DNA of 64,000 nucleotides from assembly GCA_040954595.2 (NCBI GenBank), contig CM082577.2, forward strand, positions 3,782,305 to 3,846,304, written 5' to 3'. Both the position numbers and the translations under genes were made by a program. Positions within the stretch are counted from its first letter, which is position 1; each line of letters begins with the position of its first letter. This document shows positions 1 through 12,792 of the stretch, piece by piece. Under the pieces are notes generated by a model. That model saw only the letters and a list, made by a program, of their open reading frames with translations, was not told the origin of the DNA and did no database searches. Source of the stretch: Balanoglossus misakiensis (lineage: Eukaryota; Animalia; Hemichordata).

Positions 1-1910
1 TCACGTGTCACTGTGTTTTACAATGTTTTGTGGACATTCTTGGAATAGCCAAGCTGCAGCGCCGCATGTAATGTCAGCGGGGGAGTCACTTTGCTGACCT
101 GTGCAGGTGGATAATGTAGTGTTGCGGATAGCCATCTGACGTTTAAACATTCTTCGTGTCTTCTGTCACGCAGCTATACTATTTTGACAGTTACAGCAGT
201 GACTCTAAAAGCTGCCAAGTTTGGACGATGTAAGTTTTTCCCCCCCATGAATTGATATGCTGGGTGCTGACTTTTCAGTAAATCAGGATGCTAACATAGG
301 TTTGGATATTTTAATTAATTAGGACAATTCACAACCTACAAAAAAAACATGTTCTCGGTGTTGGCATGGAGGTGTTATGCGAACTTGCCAGTTTAATTTA
401 ATGACGGTATGCCGCTGCTACTACCCACTGTTCAACGCGGCACCGTGTGAATCATGGGAAATCGCTTCCCTTCCTGTTTTCATTCGCGTTTTCCTTGACC
501 CCTTGAAACAAAGATAAAGACCTCATGGGAAACGTGTCCTTCGCACATCGTCGTGTTATATTTACCGTAACACCTCGGAAATAAAATTCTCCCTTTTGGA
601 AACATAAGTGTAGCAAACCGTGAACAATTGAATCACTGGGAAGGAGACTAAAGTCCTTCACGTGGAAAGGTTCCTTGTTCTTTAGCGAGCATGCCGTATC
701 GACAGGAGAACATATAGTTTACACATACCATCAGGCGGAGAAGGGTAAATGTGGGGGGAAAGTACTAGTACATAAAGTTGTGTTAGGTTAATAGACATTG
801 TGTTTATGGCAAAACCAGAAACGGCTGGAGCAGTCAAAACTACTGCCATAATACAACTCCTCAATCCAGTTTCTCAGCAACCGAATTAATTTCGTTTGAG
901 ATTTTCCTTCCCCGAATAGTTAATCACTGCAAACGAACTATAGATGTGTACAAATGAGTCCCTGGCGACTTAACACTGCTTAAGAATCTAGGAATTCAGA
1001 AATCGACGCACGGACGAGCGAACAATGCGCCTTGAGTTTCGGTCTGTGGTGATTGATTGAAATTGGGACGATCTCTGTTGGACTGCCGGATTTGTTACGA
1101 TATCTGACTAGCGTTGCCATTATTCTCTTTTCAATGGCGTGACGGTTCATCAGCCATGACGCAGTAGCCTAAGACTTACTTTGAATAAAAAAAGACGCTA
1201 TTCGCATCAACGGTAATGAAACTCGTCCCGTAAAAGGCCGAGCCTGGTGTAATAAACACGAAAACACTTCTAACTGTGTGAGAGTATATTTGACTTTGTA
1301 ACACCGTGATTACGTCATGTTTAATTGGTTTTTTACCGATCACGACTAGCGGCAGATTAGAAATTCTTTCCGTATAATTTACCCTGGTGAAAAAAAAGAT
1401 TAGTCAGACCGTATAGAACGTGACAGGAAATCGATAAATCACACGGAATAGCCAAAACATCAACTACATTATGCATGGCATGAAATTTAATCGACTGTAG
1501 TTGACTGATTTATCAATTAACTGTAATTATGGCGCGTGTCCTTGATACTGCACGTGCTGTACATCTCATTATACCGTACGTGTAGAAATGTTTCTTGATA
1601 TAAACGACACTTTTCTCTCGCGCAAGTTTATCGTTTGCCTCATCTTCCAGAGGAGCGTATGAAGCAGTGAAGTTCAAATACCAGCACCTCACATTTAAAA
1701 AGTGTGACCCCTGTTACCCGGCATGACATTTAGGTAGGCATAGAAGATACTTTTGCATAAAGCGAAGTTGAAACCCACTCGATTTGTCCAAATTTCCGCA
1801 TCTCTGTGAGAAATCTTTTCATACAAAAGTATTATGGCCACTGTTTTGTCTTTTAAAAAACGTTTAATAGATCCACGCAAACGTTAATGCCACAAAGAAT
1901 GGAATGCGTT

Positions 1911-2008
1911 CATTTGCATCCTTAGCTTTCACATTTGCATCCTTAGCTTTCATATTTGCATCCTTAGCCTTCATATTTGCATCCGTAGCTTTCATATTTG
2001 CATCCTTA
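1911..2008. repeat. 21-bp minisatellite, ~4.7 copies (consensus YATTTGCATCCTTAGCTTTCA)
   Basis: Units start at 1911, 1932, 1953, 1974 and 1995 with at most 1-2 mismatches each. Confidence 0.95.
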
Positions 2009-5000
2009 CCATAACATTTATCAGGCTGAATATTGGAATAGTGCATCAACAATTATACTTTAATTTTTTTCCCGTTACCAAGGTGATTATCGCACACAAG
2101 TCTCATCCAAATTCATTAGGCACTTAACCAATGCACTTTCGAGTCACCACTGTTAAAGTGATGATATTTTGCTGATTTTCCCATCGTTTGCCATGTCGGA
2201 GGTCAGGGATGGGAAATTTATAGCGTATGCGTCATACAGAAATTCGGCATTGGTTGGGAAGACCCAGGATAAAATAAAAGGCGGCATGGGTTTGTGAGTT
2301 TTGTTTGGGGGATAATGGGCGTCATCAATGCAATTACGTCGGCGCGGCTCAGAAAGCAAAATGTAAAAGTGCTTTTCAAGGCTTTACTGAAGCGAAATCA
2401 AATTCGAATGCGTTATCCGCATGGGATCTGGATGTAAATTACGACAGTCAACGATACATATATTGTCAATAGTGTTTAGCACTCCCAGGTGGGTAGGGGG
2501 CGGTCAGCTGACAAGGTCATAATAACAAGACTTGGTCCATTTCAACTTTTCTTACGCCGCGCGTCTAGCTAAGTTTGCCAGAGTATCTGGCCGAAACGGA
2601 CAGATATACGATTGCAAATTATTATAGTACTTGGACCTATCACAAACTCCCTATCATAGTAGTTTTCTTCGCATCACAATGGTCAATACCACCTTTGTCA
2701 TCAACTGACTCTTTTTATCAGTGTGCTGAGTGGAACAACACTTAGACAAGTTGACTTCTATTCAACGTACTGTGCGTGCTCGGGAATGTCAACGCTCCCC
2801 TTCTCGCAAAAGGGTACTGCAGGCAGTAATAGCGACATAAAGCACGCTTGACAACCAATTAATTCGAGCAAATTACCGGGAAATAAGAAAAATACACGTT
2901 AACGAGTGTTTATTACTGAGGTCCCCGCAAGCATGTCCGCTGCCAATCACTGGGGGAATTTGCATGCGGCTCGCGTGCGCGTTTGTTTTTCCTCATCACA
3001 GTGAACGCCAGAAACGCGCCAATATCCCGCGCAGCATAAGCCAGCCCCCGTCCCTACAGGCGCAATTCTTCAACCAACAAACAATCGACAGTCTCCCAGA
3101 GGAGGGATGATTAAGCACTCCAACCGACTTAATTTTCCACGAGCTGTTTTTTTACCCTGAACACCCTTGTTCATGTGATTTATTAAAAGGCGAATGATCA
3201 ACCGATGTGATGGGTGAGTTTTTGCCGAGACGGGGCTTGTATAAGTTCAGACCCGGGGTTTAATATATGTGACGGCTGCAAGTCTTTCTGAGAAGACCTT
3301 AGCAGATTAGAGACTTTCATCACCTGCCCCTGCTGATTGCCCGCACAGAGCGCACAGAGTCATAATCAAAGTTCGGCGTTAGTCATCGGGATTATGGGGC
3401 GGATTAGTCGCTTTACACAATATCCACTTTCAATCCCCTGTTGTTACTATGGAAATTGGACAAGAGCGGTACGGTCTGCGATCTCAAATGTGTAGTTTTT
3501 TTTCTCTCTCTCTCCCCAATAAAGAACGAACGGCATTTTCAGAATCAAATATCAGGGGAGCATCATTATGTCCGTTATATCCCCCCATACTCCATCCCAC
3601 ACTGTGTTGTCTGACAGTAAGTAAGAGAACAGAAATCAAAAAGATTGGCGCCGGGCATCTGCATCCTTGTCGAGGAAATCCAGCAATATGAGCAATATCT
3701 GGTGAAAACACAGACGCCTTGATTGAGTTTCGGTGCAATTGCATGACTTCAATAACACTATTGTGTGTTCCCGCCACTTAATAAAAACGTGTAGGTATAC
3801 CTTAAAACCGAGGGGAATTTTTTTCACCAATTGAACTGATTTATTTATTCCGCGTAAATAGTGTCCTATAGACGCATTAAGGCGGCATGGTCTGTTTTTT
3901 TAATATCTTAAGTGTAAAGTGGTCCATTAAAAAACCCTGAAGACGTCAATAAAGCAATTCTGTAAAAATCAACTGAATGTGAACTGAATACTCTCCAATA
4001 TGCAGATTACCTTTTGGTTATTATAACAATGGCTATTGTCTTCAAAGTTAAAATTTGAAATATCATAACAAGAAGATTACGGCTGTTTTGTTCTGGTTAC
4101 ATGATTGTCGATATTTGTTGGAGTGTGTTTGTATCCTGTAAATCATTTGGAAAATACCAGAAACGGGGCAAAGAACTTTTGAATGTTCCCTAGTGTAATC
4201 ATCATATCTTTCTCAGTTCAATAGCTCTATAGAAATTGTCATCATGGCCGATGCTCTCTCTTACTGTTAACATATCACTCATTGTTCGAGTGTTTTAAAT
4301 AAATTATTAGATAATTGACACGGTCGCATTAAGAAGTCTCTCCACATAAGTACTCAAGTATTTATGAAATCAATTGAATCATATTTGCAACAAGTCTTAT
4401 CAAATTCTGAGCTGTGATTTCGGATATGTATCCCTACTTGCAAAAATTCATGACATATTGGCAGCTAACAGGCAGGTTTAGCCAATTTTAGCGAAGTTCA
4501 TTGCATATGCGACGTTCGCATTCTTTTAGCGGTCATATTCTTGAGCATCTGATTTGTCAAAACCATCTGGTATCCGAGTCGCCAATTATGCAAAGTAACT
4601 CTAATTGTGAATCATCCCGAAAACGGTATTGAAAGAGAATTTCATATTTCTTCATTTTGGCAAATTCTTCTTCTGCAAGCGTCAACCTGACTGCAACGTG
4701 AAAAACATCACGTCATGCACCAACGTGGTATAATAATACACGGCAGGACAAGCCATCGCTTTCGTTTAAAAACATGATCTGTTTTCACTTCAGATAAATT
4801 GCTTTGTCCATAACACAATACAAGATGTATTAAAGGACACTCAGGAGGACGACATCGAGGGGAGAGTTTTCAGAGGGCGTATTGTTCAACTGTCACTTTG
4901 TTTGGCCATCCGTTCTCGGCACCTAAAAAAAACATCGCGCATTAAGCCATGATGGTATATTGTCGGAGCTGTCATTTGGTTTGGGGTGATCCATTTTCAG

Positions 5001-8000
5001 CACCGAAGATCATTAAACCCTTCAGTTGAGTTTGAATTATTCATGGACCCTCGAGATCATCCACAGACACGCGAGATTTGCATCTAATTTGCATTTTACA
5101 GGGGGACCATGCCACTCTTGAGTAAAACAGGGCACAGCAGAGGTCCGCTGTCACTTTGATTCAGTCCAGTACCTATCGCAGGCAGAATTCGCTAGAGTGG
5201 CTGTCCGTCTCTTTCTCACAGTTAACGCACTCAGCTTTCACCATGTTCACAGGTCAGAATGCAGTCTGACGGTTGGTGCAATGTGCGTGGCAGCTCTCTG
5301 AGGCAACCAACACAAAAGCGCAAGCTCAGTCCTCTCATCTTTCGAATTCCCTGTCACGGAGAAAGCTCAAGCGATCCATTGGAATTTGTAAACACAGCTA
5401 TCTGTGTAGATATGCCACATGGGGTCCGACCGACAACAGAAAAGGCTGAGCGGTCATACATATTTCATAGCGAATAGCGAGCAGCACGACCGCTTCCAAA
5501 CATATAGTAAATATTTAACAACGTGTTGAATGATTCAAAGCTTTTTCCCCAGGCCTTCTATAACTATAACTGCCTTCAGATGTTTAAACTTCTTAGATCG
5601 TTTCCAGGTAAACAAAATCGCTTTATTTCTATTTAACATATACTGTGCAAAGAAAAACAGAACATTCTTGGAATGGAAAGCAAATCGAAGTAGGCTAATT
5701 ATTTAATAAGGATCCTTGAAATCTGAGGCCTCATTCTCGTCACGCGAATGCATGGAGACACGGTAACCGACGCTCTATCCAGTAAGTTAATATCGAATCC
5801 GACGGTTCATTTATCCATTATCGCCACCGAATGCTTGTATCAAGTTCTCAGGGTCACCTATCGATGTTTAGGAATCCCGCCATGGATCTCAGGAGAAGGC
5901 GCCAAAAACATTGGACTTCCCAGATTTGAATGACCTCATTTTGATTTTGCGCTGAACCGCGAGGCAAGTGGCAGGCCTAGTACTTACTGGATTCCCGTTA
6001 TTTTACACACATCCAGCAGGGAGCAGCTAAAGTAGGATTAGCAAATAAGCTAAACAAACATTCGCTGCTTTCGTATGCTTTACGCGGTTAAACAAAGCAC
6101 AGCAGCTGCTACATTTGCATTTTGATTTCGGTTTTATTCTCTGCTTAATTCCTCTGAGTTTCACTTTTATGCACGTAAACTGTAAAGGAGTTTACGTTTA
6201 ATCGCCCGGCCACGTATCATTTAAAGTAATCCCGGTGAATGGCCGAACAATTATAATGCGGGGGAGTCGATGTCCATTTAATTTACATATTTCATGGGCG
6301 ATTGTATATGTATGTGTATCACCCCAATGCTAACTTATTAACTCAATATGTAATACTCACCCAATGGGTATTGGGTTAGCATTACATTTTGGGCTCAGTG
6401 TTATTACATGGTGGGTTCGTATATATACAGTATACACCCTGATAACGCACTTGGACATTGGGATTTCTAAGTGCATTTCTTGTTTACGTGATACATATCC
6501 TTCTTCCAGTATCAGCGCAGTAACATCGCTTTGAATTTGAGCAGAGCCACTTTACTGCTATTTCCAAAGACAATACAAGACTAGGTCTAGCAATAGGCTA
6601 TTTCATTCGTGAAATTGCTACAATTGTTTCAGAAAATTGGCGGCCTCATTCAGCAGAATTGAGTTTTCTCAGTTGCACGCTGTGTTCCTTTGAAATTTAA
6701 GGCGCGTGGTTTCTGTTTGAAGATTATGCTTGTAATTAAATTACTATTTAAAGTTGCGGCGGGGATAAACGACTTCCATAAATAATACGCCTTGTCGATT
6801 TCGGACGCTGGTTTAAGCTCTGCGATGACGCTGCTTGCGTCACGGTTGGACGAACTCGCCGAAGGAAATCAGAGAATAATTGCCTGGTGTGTGCTTTTGT
6901 TTGTATGGCGCGCTGCATTGTGGGTGGGTCTTATCCTTCGATCTCGTTGCTTGACAGAAATTAGACTCTGCTGCGTTTTTTAGGAATTATTTACGATCTG
7001 GCGGAAATTTATGGACGAGCCGCTCTCAAGGTAACTGGCAACACCCCCTCCCCGCGTTGACCTACATAGCCTCCATTATCGAAACACGTTTGTGTTGGCC
7101 TTTAACAAACAGTTCAGGTAGATTGGAGACCTTATATGCGAGACACAAAATATCGCCCCTGGCATTTTTTTAAATATACGTCCGAATGCCATTTGATTGT
7201 TGTAGAGACTCAGTGAAATCGCTCTCCAACGGCAATTTATTCACGATATTAGTCTCAGCGTTCATCTGAACTTCTTTGATATTCATCACGATTCATCGGT
7301 CACCGGTCAGTGAAGCGCATACGTGGAACATCCATTGTCATCACTGACCGCTTTGCGCATTCGCGTCACACGCCGCAGACGAATCAAAATTCCCCAAATA
7401 ACACGACGAAATGTTCTGCAGATAGCTTTATAGTCCTGAGATGCGAGCTGTCGATAGTTACCTGGAATGAGCAGACCGTAAATTAGCCAGAAAAGAAATA
7501 CAAGCATCGCAGTTGCTCTCTAAGACATAAAGCGATCAATCATAGTTTTCGCATGATAGGCCAACTCGGTTTAATCGGTGTATACGACTGGAATCTCGCA
7601 TGTGCTTATACTGTGAGCCGACGTGGTCGAAATTGGACATTTTCCGCGCAAAATATGAAAATCTTATCTAGAACGCAATATCCTGCCTTTCTTTGAAATC
7701 GTAGATCCTTTCCTCTGTTAACCTTCTCCCGTGTGCCGCACAGAAACACTGCCAATATTCGTCTCTTAATTTGACATTTTTCGACGCGCACTATGGCTAC
7801 AGGGAGAATACGCTCAAATGTCCAGAATTGGAAAAAGGAGCCCCATGCAACAGACTACACAGGGAGAGTACATGTACGCATGCGCTCCAGATGTTCGTTA
7901 TATTGGGTATGACGGTTCCGCTCTGCATCACCCCGGTGGGGATAGGTTGTCCTCAGTTTAAAGAATGATTTTTCCCAGTGCAAGATAAATAATTAATAAC

Positions 8001-11000
8001 CTGGAGTCCCCGGATTTTCATGTCAGCTCCGGTTATTTGTATTGGCGACGCAGAACGAGACATCACAGCGTTATTGCCGTATATCACATGCAGTAAAAAT
8101 TGCAATTGCTGTCAATGCAATAAAGGGAACAAATAACGGGCGCACTCAAATGACGCAATATGAATACTGAAATAAACGACACGAGAAATCGCGTGGCTTC
8201 TTTTTTTTTGATATGCGAGAGTGGAATGAACCCAAAACGATAAAAAGGGAAATTATTCGCTGTTTCGGGGTCGCGGAAGGGATGATCCATACTTATTAAT
8301 GCATAAAGCAGTATAGTCATCAATCACAATTCTGCGCATCTTTTATCCGCAAATTACGTTTTCTTGTAATTTCTACTTCGGCTCAGAATCAATGCAACGT
8401 TCTTTCGAACTCTCCTCATTTCCCAGACAATCCCGTATAACATATTCGCAAGTGGTGTTTTGACGGTCCCACCAAACTCCTTCGATACCAGTCAACTATT
8501 ATACATGTACGTCAAATCAACATCGTCTACTGCGATTTTAGAGAACCCTGTGGGTGCAATGTCACCATATGTTTTATTAATAGCCTCGGGGGCAACAGTG
8601 CTAGACTAAGGGACAACAGTGTTTGATTAGCTCAATATATGCTTCTGAAAATGGCTTTCCTTTTTTCCCCGCGTGGAGAGTTTATGCCGTCTCATGTGCG
8701 AAAACAGTCTACCTTGTTTAGTTAACAGAGATACATGTACAATGCAGCTGTCTTCGCGTATTTAAATTAATTATTTAATGAAGAGTTTTAATAACCGTCA
8801 TTTATAAAGCTCGATGCATAGATTAGCCTGCACGACATTTTTGGCCAATTTGGAGATAAAATACACACGTGTATTTCCTGCCGATTTGCCAATACCGATT
8901 TTGAGTTCGTTGGACAAAGTTAAACTAGCCCAAATATTTCCATTTTAAAAAACATTGGTATATCATGTTTAAAATGGCTTTGGTTCATCCATGAAGTATT
9001 AAAAAGCTTTTATCAAATCGACGACATTGCCCTTCTCCCCAAGGATATCAAATAGCCCACCTCTGCACATCTAAGAATCGGGACTTAAAGGCCACATTTT
9101 TAGGCTAAGTAGTCGTTAAATGGAATTCTTCCCGTGACTAAATTATTCATTGGCGGCAAAACTCCTCGTGATATTTAGCCTGGCTGGCAATGGGCGCGTA
9201 ACAAGATGTCGGCCAATAACGAGTCAGTCCGATAATGACCCGGTCTCATAAAACCCATATAGGCTTCTGACATCAATTTTTTCAGTCCACATGAATGTCA
9301 AGCACGCTCTCCGGTCCCAGTCACTTTAGATTTTGAACCGCATTAGAGATTTGCATATTGTGAATCCCTTGATTATATTATTTAATACCCGAATGTGATA
9401 TAAGGTATTGGCCGTTGCATTTAACGGGTAATCGTTAAAGTTTCCATTCTGTTGAAAATATGTCCCCTCTGGATACTGTATTTCGCTCCGATGCCTGTTA
9501 TAGGCTCTACCTATAATTCAACTTGATGACAAAATATAAAACATATAATGTTAAATGTAAGAATGTAATAACTGCACCCAGGTGACATTTTCTGTTTGAA
9601 CACAGTAGACTCGTACATCTCGGTTTTAAAAGTTATAGACGTTTCCCGTTAAGGTCTGAAGTCTCTCCGGGAATTGGATGTCCAATATTTTAATATGTAT
9701 CGGGAACTACCATATCATGGATTTTTTTTTTTTTCAAATTCATTTTATGACGACACTATTACGTGTCGGGAAACCCTACACAAGGCCGCAACGCTTGCGG
9801 GGCGCGAGAGACTAAAACAGTGGATTTGTGCATTGCGACAAAATGGAGGGAATTTCTGTGTGAGCAGGCTATCTTTTTGTAAATCGCAATGGTATCGTTC
9901 ACGCGGGAAACAAATCAATGCTGGTAGACTGTCTGTTTCATGCATATTAATCACCTCTCGATGCCAGAGCATAAATAGATAATACAGCTAATATTAATGT
10001 AGCTATGAAGCTATATTGGCAGTAGACCCACAGAGGAAGCATAGTTCAAGGCAAATTTATGGTTTTATAGCATTCACAATTGGTATACATTGTATGAATC
10101 AAGATTGTATGGATCAATTCATTAGCCATTGTATAGTAAAACGTGATATCATCTATAAAACGCAGTGAATGACAGGTCACGTCGATGTCTACAAATAATA
10201 ACTTATCGCGGAACGCTTCCGCTGAACGTATGTAGCATGTAAACCCTTTTGTTCCAGTTCTGCATGTTGACAGAAGTAAACGCCGCCAGTGGCACGCAAT
10301 AATATCTGAAGGTATTCGCCAAAGTGGATTTTACATCCACACTGCCGCATCACACACCGTTCACATATCAGATGTGAATGAATGAACCTGACATTTGTCG
10401 GTACTAACGTTTGATTCTGAGAATCACAGATTCACGACAGGGCCTTCAAACATACCCGAGTATAGCATTATAATATAGTCAAACCTTACATTTATTGATT
10501 TACTGATGAAAATGATTTATTACTTATCGTGTCAGCGATGGTATCAACACAGCCTAATGTTCATACACCATGAGAAATGAAACCACATATCTCTCTCCTT
10601 GTTTGCCGTTCTACATTCAATGAAACCGCCGTGAAATAATAGCACAGAAATCATTAATCCACCGTCTGTGTCATTTTCTCTTGGTAATGTCGGTTAATAT
10701 GAAAACGCATGCGCACCGTCGCCACATACATCACGTGTCTCCCATATTCCGCCTGCCGGCATACGCTGTCCGACTCCCTTGTCACAGTGGGATAAATGAA
10801 ATAATTACAATGTTAGGTAATCCCTCTTTTCTCGTACATTAGGTAAAGTCAGATCAAAATTGACGCATCATGCTCTCGCTGTCCTTTTCTCTGGTGAGTG
10901 GAAAGCAAGAGCACAAAAACGTCGAATTCATCACCTGAGAGTCTGGGAAAATTATGATGGCGCCATTTGTAAATCGCCTTTTGTCCAAAATGGGCGAATC

Positions 11001-12367
11001 GTTGTATACCTCCATATACCTATGGATGAACTATTTCCATTTTCCCCCAATCGGTAGCTTTCCTTTGCATATTAATAACACAGATGGACATTTGGCAGAT
11101 TCTAAGATTTTAGATCTTCATCGTCTACTCTGAGCACTCATTAAAGTACCACTTGTAGTCTGTTTATGTGTTCTGAAGTATCTATTGCTCTCCACAGCAA
11201 GTTAGCAAGTCAAACACCATACAGAAACACGGTTAGAGCGACACACGGTATAGGCCTCTGGGCACTGTGTTATTTCATAACGTCCAATATGTCATATTAT
11301 ACAAAATGATTAATAATCCGAGATAGAAATGATTTGGTTACCAAGCAACGTTCCATATCAGTATGTGTGCAGTGCCATCAGTCAATTGTGACAAACTGGT
11401 AGGTATGCGTTTTTTTTCTTTCTTCGGACGATGTTTGCTGAGATTACGCCCGTTGCAGAGAATGACAACGCATGAATCGATGCAAACATATCGCCACCGA
11501 AATGACGAGTTCAAGTAGTGTATTCACAGATGGAGTAATTGTATAGAGTCTACGATTTTTGGCACATTGCAACGCGATGCAGGCTTATTTCATCCACGTC
11601 TGTTTGGAAACTTGCCATTGAAGGGCTGCATATTTCTAGCACAACTGAAATTCTTGCAAGAATACAGTGCCCTAGTACCTCATGCATCGAAAAAACATTT
11701 CATTTTGATCTGACAAGTAATCAAGCGCTAAAGCCAATTTTCCATTTGGTTTCTCAGTGCCATCCAATTCGGTGTGAAGGAGAGAATGATTTACCAATTT
11801 GAACATTCGGGTGATTCCGTCGGATAACAAGCAAACGTTCCCTGTTTGTTTGATTGTGACATGTCGCCGCTATTGTGTGTGAACATGGGGGCGAGAAATA
11901 CCGCTCTGTTGATAGGATTTTCCCGCCACAAGTCGCTTGAAAACTATGCAATTTAAAAAAAGATTTAGAACGCGTATATGCTCACCAGTTATCATGTCAC
12001 CTTCACCCAACAAAGAGCAATGACCGCGGCCTTGTGCGGCCGAACTGTATCATACACCGGGCGTCGATACAGTGAGACAACCATGCTTAGAGGATACAAC
12101 TTGAGTTCGAAGGTCGAGTTTTGCAAAAATCTGGTAAGCGGCTCAACAACTCAAACTCAGATACATACCTAGTTTCCGAGTCACCAACAATTATGATATT
12201 AGATTTAATAGGAATCGAAAAATGTATTTTCGACATAAAACAAAATCTCTTGATCATTAATTTCTATATTTAGTTCATGTCAGATTTTTAACAGATTTTG
12301 CCGCATGTTAAGCATATAGGAAATGACTTTCACGCATGACTCTCTCGGCTCATAATTACTGTTTTTA

Positions 12368-12395
12368 ACTAATACTAATACTAATACTAATAACT
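12368..12395. repeat. (CTAATA)n short tandem repeat
   Basis: actaatactaatactaatactaataact, about 4 copies. Confidence 0.75.
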
Positions 12396-12536
12396 GGACG
12401 CTTGTGATATAAAAAAAATCCTGACATAAACATCATAGGAGAGTTTAGGCCTGAATGTTACATACACGTGTACGCACGTGTATTTGTTTTGTAGGGTAAC
12501 ACAATTTTCTTAATTAATAGACAGAATTAATTAAGC

Positions 12537-12792
12537 CAAGTGCCCGATCAATGACTGTACAACGTAATCATTGTTCAATAAGTGTTGAAGTAAACGAAGT
12601 GTGTGTTTTCCGAAGGGTAATTAATGGAAGAAAAAATAACAATTAGCCCAATTTGAAGCATTCAAGTGCCCGATCAATGACTGTACAACGTAATCATTGT
12701 TCAATAAGTGTTGAAGTAAACGAAGTGTGTGTTTTCCGAAGGGTAATTAATGGAAGAAAAAATAACAATTAGCCCAATTTGAAGCATTCAAG
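12537..12792. repeat. Perfect 126-bp tandem duplication
   Basis: 12537-12662 is identical by eye to 12663-12788 (caagtgcccgatcaatg...ttgaagcatt), with a third CAAG at 12789-12792. Confidence 0.95.

Noticed and set aside
1864-2052. Minus-strand ORF with KDANMKA repeats
   Set aside because: It is only the translation of the 21-bp minisatellite; no splice or homology support.
4996-5016. TTCAGCACC resembling the left half of an RE1/REST site
   Set aside because: The right half (GGACAG) is absent. The other TTCAGCACC at 49581 is just the exon 5 acceptor.
6303-6429. Imperfect fold-back (AATGCTAAC/GTTAGCATT, ATGTAATA/TATTACAT)
   Set aside because: The arms are short and not cleanly nested; it cannot be supported as a MITE or pre-miRNA without folding and copy-number data.
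1911-12792. Direct repeats considered as CRISPR-like arrays
   Set aside because: They are head-to-tail tandem repeats without unique spacers, in clearly eukaryotic DNA.
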